Assembly: GCA_002417975.1 (NCBI GenBank)
Contig: DIDE01000061.1
Location: 828 to 64,827 of the forward strand
From: Eggerthellaceae bacterium UBA5808
GTDB lineage: Bacteria; Actinomycetota; Coriobacteriia; Coriobacteriales; Eggerthellaceae
Length of the DNA stretch: 64,000 nucleotides
Direction: 5' to 3'
Below, piece after piece: positions 58,159 through 64,000 of this stretch. Under the pieces are notes generated by a model that saw nothing but the letters and a program-made list of their open reading frames with translations, searched no databases and was not told the origin of the DNA. Position 1 is the stretch's first letter. Each line of letters opens with the position of its first letter. A program made the position numbers and the translations under genes.

Positions 58159-61068
58159 ATGTCAAAAAAAGTCCACAACAATGTAAAACAGAGTCAGTTA
58201 AGCACGGATAAGTGCGCCCCTTTTCTTTGGGCAAAAACAGATGGTGACAATTACGGAGCATTTTCACCTCTTTATGTTCACATGAGCGATACAGGCGAAG
58301 TTGCGCGACTTCTTTGGGAGGCGTGGATCCCTGAATCAATACAACAAATGCTAACGTCAATGACCGGTTCAGGTGTAGCGAGTGAATCATTGGTTATATG
58401 GATGGCAATGGTTCATGATATTGGTAAAGCAACACCTGCTTTTCAGTATAAAGTTCCGGTATTTGCTGAGCATGTAAAAGAACAAGGGCTTGATACCCTT
58501 GATGATCCTAAATATGTATCGCATGCATTTATGGGACAAGTTATTTTGAACGACTGGCTTATGTCTATAGGTTGGGAATACGGCAATACTTATGCAACAG
58601 TTGTTGGAGGACATCATGGGGCACCGCCGACGATACCAGAACTAAATGAAATTACGCACAACATAGATACATATTTGGGCGATGACTGTTGGAAGCGAAT
58701 AAGAAGTGATCTTTTACAGTATGCCTATAACTATTCAGGTATCGATCGTTTTCAGACAACGCTGTCGCATATTCCATTGTCGTCTTGCTTGCAGGTATTG
58801 CTAACTGGATTAGTAATTATGTCTGATTGGATTGCGTCAGACTCCGAGTATTTTCCTTGTACTGATAATGTATCAAATTATGCAAATTGTCAGATCAAAA
58901 AAACTGATTTTAAAAACCGTGCGGGCAGAGCATGGAAGTTTTTAAATCTTTCGGATGCATGGCATCCCGTTTGCGTTAAAGAAACTAATGATGAATTATT
59001 CTATCATCGATTTGCGATTACCTCATCTCCATATTCAGCTCAATGCGAGGCGCTTAATCTTGCTCGAAATATCAAAAAACCAGGATTAATGATTATTGAG
59101 GCCCCTATGGGCAGTGGGAAGACCGAAACATCCTTGTTGTGTGCAGAGATATTCGCCTCAAAGTATCATGAGGGAGGAATCGCATATTTTTTACCAACAA
59201 TGGCAACATCAAATGCAATGTTTACGCGTATAGAAAATTGGCTAAAGCATGTTCCTGATGCGCGAGGAAATAAACAGCAACAAACAGTATGCCTTGCTCA
59301 TAGTAAATCGAGATTAAATAAAGAATATGCATCTTTAAAGTCAGAAAAAAAGACGTCAGGAGCGAATAACTTCACTAGGACCTCAACGGCGTTAGATGAC
59401 ACCGCGCAACTCGAGGATATTATTGCGAATCCATGGCTCTGTGGTCGTAAACGGTGGCTATTATCCTCGTTTGTTGTTGGAACAGTTGATCAGCTGCTTA
59501 TGGCGGCATTAAAAACGAGGCATGTTCAACTGCGACATTTAGGGCTAGCTGGAAAAGTTGTTGTTGTTGATGAAGTTCATGCGTACGATGCATACATGAG
59601 CGTATATCTTGATCGTATTCTTGCATGGCTTGGGACCTACAATGTTCCTACGATAATGCTATCGGCTACACTTCCATCTTCCCGTCGCGATCAGTTAATG
59701 CGCGCGTATAGGGGAAGCACAGGACGAACTCGCAGCGCTGACCGTATTCAAGTATCTCCCTGCATGAACCCAAAAAGTCTAGTGTATCCACTTGTAAGCT
59801 ATTGTTCGGCTGATAGAGACGAAGCGCCTATGTATCGTAGATGCGAGAATAGTGGGCGCGTGCAACAAGTGATGATTGAGTATCTTGCTGATGATGATGA
59901 AACGCTCGTAAAGATGCTCAAAAATAGTATGTCAGATGGTGGTTGCGTTTGCGTGCTTCGGGACACTGTGAAACGAGCTCAGCAAACGTATGAGTTGCTA
60001 GTAAAAACAATGAATATTCCAATCAAACTGGTTCATTCGCGTTTTATATCTATTGATCGAGTAGCAAACGATAAAGAACTTCTAGATATGTTTGGGCCTG
60101 ATAGTGAATGTCGACCGAAATCTTACATTGTTGTTGGGACTCAGGTTATTGAACAATCCTTGGATATTGATTTTGATTTGTTAATAACAGACATTGCCCC
60201 AGTGGACCTTCTGCTTCAGCGTATAGGTCGACTTCATAGGTGCCTACGTGGCGCAAATCAAAGTGATCGTCCTGTCAAGATGCAAAAACCTTGTTGCTAT
60301 ATTACAGGAATTACTGATTGGAATGCGTCGCCTCCAACTATTGTTAAGGAAATTAAAAAGATATATCAACCTGCAATAATCTGGGAAACATTAGCTGCAT
60401 TAGGTGAACAAAACAAGTGTAAGAGATTTATATCACTTCCAGATGATATTGCGCCATTAGTCGACTGTGTTTATGAAGACAAATGTGCGATTCCTAAATC
60501 GTGGGAGGCGGATGTTTTTAAGGCTAAAAAGACGATGAAAAATGAACGCTTTAAAAAGGAAAATAAAGCAAAAACATGGCTTCTTGATAAACCACGTCCT
60601 GAAGGCAAAGATCTTACTAATTGGTTTCAGCAGGCATTTAGCATAGATGATGAGCAAGGAGCTCGGGCTACGGTACGTGATACTCAGCCGTCAATCGAAG
60701 TGGTTCTCGTACAAGAGGCTGAAGGTGAAATTCAACTACTTCCTTGGGTTGAGCCTGAAAAGGAACAACGCTCATTAGGAAATGGGATGGTTGTACCTGA
60801 TGACGACATGGCAAAAATAGCGGCTTCTTGTACAGTTTGTTTACCTCCTAGGCTATGTCTATGCGGCATTGCTGATCAAGTTATTGCTTATCTAGAGAAG
60901 CAATATGCATTGCCTGGATGGCAGGAATCAGCTTGGTTGAAAGGGGCGCTTCCGCTTGTGCTAGACATGGATTGTAAAGCAAAAATCACATGTTCAAATA
61001 GAACATTCATATTGACATATTCAGTAAAAGAGGGGTTAATTTTGGGAAACGAGGATGAAAATGAGTAA
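58159..61068 (+). CDS. cas3: CRISPR-associated helicase/nuclease Cas3 (type I-E)
   Basis: HD domain (LYVHMSDTGEV, MVHDIGKATPAFQ). Helicase motif I EAPMGSGKTE and motif II VVVDEVHAYD. Followed by cse1-cse2-cas7. ATG at 58159 is preferred over the ORF-track extension from 58027. Confidence 0.9.
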   Translation: MSKKVHNNVKQSQLSTDKCAPFLWAKTDGDNYGAFSPLYVHMSDTGEVARLLWEAWIPESIQQMLTSMTGSGVASESLVIWMAMVHDIGKATPAFQYKVPVFAEHVKEQGLDTLDDPKYVSHAFMGQVILNDWLMSIGWEYGNTYATVVGGHHGAPPTIPELNEITHNIDTYLGDDCWKRIRSDLLQYAYNYSGIDRFQTTLSHIPLSSCLQVLLTGLVIMSDWIASDSEYFPCTDNVSNYANCQIKKTDFKNRAGRAWKFLNLSDAWHPVCVKETNDELFYHRFAITSSPYSAQCEALNLARNIKKPGLMIIEAPMGSGKTETSLLCAEIFASKYHEGGIAYFLPTMATSNAMFTRIENWLKHVPDARGNKQQQTVCLAHSKSRLNKEYASLKSEKKTSGANNFTRTSTALDDTAQLEDIIANPWLCGRKRWLLSSFVVGTVDQLLMAALKTRHVQLRHLGLAGKVVVVDEVHAYDAYMSVYLDRILAWLGTYNVPTIMLSATLPSSRRDQLMRAYRGSTGRTRSADRIQVSPCMNPKSLVYPLVSYCSADRDEAPMYRRCENSGRVQQVMIEYLADDDETLVKMLKNSMSDGGCVCVLRDTVKRAQQTYELLVKTMNIPIKLVHSRFISIDRVANDKELLDMFGPDSECRPKSYIVVGTQVIEQSLDIDFDLLITDIAPVDLLLQRIGRLHRCLRGANQSDRPVKMQKPCCYITGITDWNASPPTIVKEIKKIYQPAIIWETLAALGEQNKCKRFISLPDDIAPLVDCVYEDKCAIPKSWEADVFKAKKTMKNERFKKENKAKTWLLDKPRPEGKDLTNWFQQAFSIDDEQGARATVRDTQPSIEVVLVQEAEGEIQLLPWVEPEKEQRSLGNGMVVPDDDMAKIAASCTVCLPPRLCLCGIADQVIAYLEKQYALPGWQESAWLKGALPLVLDMDCKAKITCSNRTFILTYSVKEGLILGNEDENE

Positions 61069-62761
61069 TGCTGAGTTCAATCTTATAGACAAACCATGGA
61101 TAAGAGCAAGGTCGCTTAAAGGGGAAATCAAAGAATATTCTATTCTAGATATATTTGATCATGCGTCAGAATTGCAGTCAATGGCTAACGATTTGCCAAC
61201 GCAAGATTTTGCTATCTTGCGTGTATTGCTAGCGATCTTTCAGCGGTCCCTTTCTCCTCTTGTCGATGACGATGATGATCCTGCCGAAGTTTGGGAAAGC
61301 TTATGGAATACTGCTACATTGCCAATGTCGGTAATACAACAGTATTTAAAAACATGGCATAAGAGATTTGACTTGCTTGATCCAGAAGTCCCATTTATGC
61401 AACTTTCAGGAATGAAGACAAAGAACGGCAAGATCACAAGTGTAGAAAAAATAATTGCCGATGTGCCCGATAACAAACGACTGTTTGCCTTACGCAGTAC
61501 AAACAACACAAAGCAAATATCAAATGCTGAAGCAGCACGTTGGGTGGTTCATACTCAAGCATTTGATACGGCTGGAATAAAAACAGGTGTTTTAGGTGAT
61601 TCAAAGACTAAGAATGGAAAATATTATGGAGAAATATTGAGCTGGGGTGGTGCAATAGGGGGTGTATATATCGAGGGCGAAAACCTACATGAAACTTTAC
61701 TGCTTAATCTTATTTTGTGTGCCAATAATAACGATTATTATTCGATTTTTCCAGAGGATGATCTACCTTCATGGGAGCGAGACCCCGCACGATTAGAAAG
61801 CGATGAACGGGATCCTTCGGGCCGAATTGATGTCTATACGTGGCAGTCACGGAGGATACTTCTTCATAGTGATAATGGAAAGGTTGATGGTGTAATACTT
61901 ACGCATGGGGATAGAATAACTTCTCAAAACAGGATGCTCATTGAACCGATGACGGGTTGGCGGCGGAGCGGGGCACAGGAAAAGAAATTGAAAGAACCCT
62001 TAGTGTACATGCCTGCAGAGCATCAACCTGATAAGGCACTTTGGAGAGGATTGGCGTCTTTACTTCCAACACAGACTGTTACAACGAAGAAGGGAAGTTC
62101 ATATCTTGCCTCAGGGGTGGTTGAATGGCTGTGCTATCTTATTAGTCAAAATAGTATAAAAAAATGTGATATTGACCGTTTAATTGCAATTCATGCTGTT
62201 GGGTTTCAGTATGGAGAAGATAATTCAAAATATATTGGCCTAATAAACGACAAGCTCAACATACATGCTAGTCTTCTTTCTCCATCAAGTTCAAAACTTA
62301 CAGATCTTGCATGCCAATGTGCTATAGACACAGATAAAGCAGTTTCTGCATTAGGTGGAATGGCAAGTAATCTTTGTTATGCCGCTGGTGGAAGCGATAA
62401 AACAGCTAAGGATTCAAGGAATACAGTTAAAGCAGATGCTTATTTCGAAATAGATCAAGTGTTTCGAAGATGGCTTTTAACATTGCAAGAGGATATGTTA
62501 GGAAATAACAACATTCTTAATCAAGCACGTATATCGTGGCACAAGCAAGCATCATTACTTCTTTTAAAAATTGCTGATAGCTTAATAGAGAATGCTTCAT
62601 CTTCTGCTTATGTTGGCCATAAAGTTCAAAAAAAAGGTTGGATGACGCTAGCAAAAGCCCAATCGATATTTATGAGAGATTTATTTACAGCATTGCCGCT
62701 TGCAAAAAAAGAAAACAGAAAAATTGAGGAGGAGACAGAATTAAATGACAGACATAAATGA
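61055..62761 (+). CDS. cse1: Type I-E Cascade large subunit Cse1/CasA (Cas8e)
   Basis: 568 aa. N-terminal FNLIDKPWIRAR resembles the CasA NLLIDxWIPVR motif. Position between cas3 and cse2. The start is 61055 or 61061. Confidence 0.8.
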   Translation: MKMSNAEFNLIDKPWIRARSLKGEIKEYSILDIFDHASELQSMANDLPTQDFAILRVLLAIFQRSLSPLVDDDDDPAEVWESLWNTATLPMSVIQQYLKTWHKRFDLLDPEVPFMQLSGMKTKNGKITSVEKIIADVPDNKRLFALRSTNNTKQISNAEAARWVVHTQAFDTAGIKTGVLGDSKTKNGKYYGEILSWGGAIGGVYIEGENLHETLLLNLILCANNNDYYSIFPEDDLPSWERDPARLESDERDPSGRIDVYTWQSRRILLHSDNGKVDGVILTHGDRITSQNRMLIEPMTGWRRSGAQEKKLKEPLVYMPAEHQPDKALWRGLASLLPTQTVTTKKGSSYLASGVVEWLCYLISQNSIKKCDIDRLIAIHAVGFQYGEDNSKYIGLINDKLNIHASLLSPSSSKLTDLACQCAIDTDKAVSALGGMASNLCYAAGGSDKTAKDSRNTVKADAYFEIDQVFRRWLLTLQEDMLGNNNILNQARISWHKQASLLLLKIADSLIENASSSAYVGHKVQKKGWMTLAKAQSIFMRDLFTALPLAKKENRKIEEETELNDRHK

Positions 62762-63374
62762 GTGTGCAATATCGCCTAAATATGAATTGGAACAGTATGT
62801 ATCAAAAAAAATTACATTGATTCAAAAACTATATTTGTCGAAAGGTGGTAATTCGAACGCTTCACGAACCTTAGCAATGCTTCGGCGCGCCGTCTCTAAA
62901 AATCCCGGTTCAATTCCTGATACTTGGGTAGTTGAATTTGAAGGAATGCCCAATTCTTTGGTTGGCAGAGGTGAAAATCCATCTCGAGGTGAATGGGCTA
63001 TTCATGGCGCAATGACGCTTTATGCAGTTCACCAACAGTCACTAAAAGTACCAATGTATCAAAGTGGTCGTGAGTATGATTTAGGCGCTTCGGTAAGGAA
63101 GCTAATGCAATGTGAAAATAAAAACAATGTTCCGGAGGGGGAAAGCAAGCTGCCAAGGCGTTTTTCCGCTCTAATGACGGTAGATTCACTGTCGGAAACA
63201 TTATATTATGCGCGGCAGCTTATGCATCAACTTCGATCATGCTCAATACCCCTGGACTATGTGCGTTTTGCTGGACAGCTTTATGATATCCAAAATCCAT
63301 ATAAAGCAGACAGCGTAAAACTTGCATGGGGCCGTAGTTTTGAATATAGCGGAACAATTAATTCAACGAAATGA
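62745..63374 (+). CDS. cse2: Type I-E Cascade small subunit Cse2/CasB
   Basis: 209 aa, helical-looking, in the canonical position between cse1 and cas7. The start overlaps the cse1 end. Confidence 0.75.
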   Translation: MTDINECAISPKYELEQYVSKKITLIQKLYLSKGGNSNASRTLAMLRRAVSKNPGSIPDTWVVEFEGMPNSLVGRGENPSRGEWAIHGAMTLYAVHQQSLKVPMYQSGREYDLGASVRKLMQCENKNNVPEGESKLPRRFSALMTVDSLSETLYYARQLMHQLRSCSIPLDYVRFAGQLYDIQNPYKADSVKLAWGRSFEYSGTINSTK

Positions 63375-63417
63375 AATGCTCCTACAATAAAAATTATTTT
63401 GAGAAAAGGGTATAAAA

Positions 63418-64000
63418 ATGAAAACGAAGCCATTTTATATTGATATGCATGTTATTCAAACTGTTCCACCAAGTAACATTAATAGGGATGATACAGGAAG
63501 TCCAAAAACAGCTCGTTTTGGAGGAGTTGTAAGAGCGCGCGTGTCAAGCCAAGCATGGAAAAGTGCTATTCGTAAAGAATTTAGATCGATGTTAGATACA
63601 GACGATCTTGGTTTAAGAACAAAGTACGTTGTTGATTCTATCGCCAAAAGAATCCATAGTGAGCGCTTGGATATATCTGAGGATGACGCAATTAAACTAG
63701 CGTCAAACGTTCTTGGAGCGACTGGCGTAAAGGTAGAAAAAAAGAAAGATACTGATAAAAGCGGAAAAACAGGCTATCTAGTATTTATTAGCCCCCAGCA
63801 AATCGTGAAACTTGCTGAGTTGGCACTTAGGTCTGATGACGAAGGTAAAAAAATAAGTAATAAAGAAGCAAAAGCAATACTTGATGTAAAGAAAAATCCT
63901 GCGTTAAATTCAATTGATATAGCATTGTTTGGGCGCATGGTGACAGATGCACCTGAACTTAATGTTGATGCGTCTGTACAAGTTGCGCATGCTCTAGGAG
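63418..64000 (+). CDS. cas7: Type I-E Cas7/CasC (Cse4), N-terminal part; continues beyond the window
   Basis: Not in the ORF track because there is no stop in the window. My translation is MKTKPFYIDMHVIQTVPPSNINRDDTGSPKTARFGGVVRARVSSQAWKSAIRKEF...IALFGRMVTDAPELNVDASVQVAHALG, which carries classic CasC motifs. Confidence 0.88.
   Translation, partial: MKTKPFYIDMHVIQTVPPSNINRDDTGSPKTARFGGVVRARVSSQAWKSAIRKEFRSMLDTDDLGLRTKYVVDSIAKRIHSERLDISEDDAIKLASNVLGATGVKVEKKKDTDKSGKTGYLVFISPQQIVKLAELALRSDDEGKKISNKEAKAILDVKKNPALNSIDIALFGRMVTDAPELNVDASVQVAHALG

Overview
This window is the replication-origin region of a Gram-positive, Actinomycetota-like chromosome. The gene order and the membrane-embedded LuxR regulator suggest Coriobacteriia/Atopobiaceae, but that is inference only. 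An accessory surface/transport block and a defence island follow the origin region. No transposase, integrase, rRNA or CRISPR array is visible in the window.

Layout:
- 1-9213 (minus strand): gyrA (partial), gyrB, a DUF721-like gene, recF, dnaN and dnaA.
- 9289-10080: a GHKL-ATPase/wHTH gene sits between dnaA and an AT-rich cluster of DnaA boxes (candidate oriC, 10081-10700).
- 10882-17080 (plus strand): rpmH, rnpA, yidD, yidC, jag, rsmG, then a 0.7-kb non-coding array of six perfect parS palindromes, then parA and parB.
- 17245-32679: rlmN, ddl, an exonuclease-fused DinG, a very large M28-like membrane protein with a low-complexity insert of roughly 1000 aa, a small zinc-ribbon gene, about 950 bp of non-coding repeat-bearing DNA, tRNA-Thr(CGT), a DUF364-like gene, a CPBP protease and a membrane-anchored hypothetical protein.
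- 32847-39002: a membrane LuxR regulator, a secreted protein, and a BspA-type LRR surface protein split at an A6 tract.
- 39118-52995: a tightly coupled 12-gene plus-strand cluster. It holds three paralogous Cys-rich membrane-anchored surface proteins, DUF4418, a MacB/FtsX ABC system, a second ABC system, a lipoprotein and a BtuCDF/FecCD-type importer.
- About 53000 onward: the sequence becomes visibly AT-richer and encodes a defence island. This is a two-gene McrBC-like operon (a coiled-coil AAA+ NTPase plus a DUF2357/PD-(D/E)xK-like nuclease, the latter broken at a homopolymer), divergent from a type I-E cas operon (cas3, cse1, cse2, cas7 partial) that runs off the window end.
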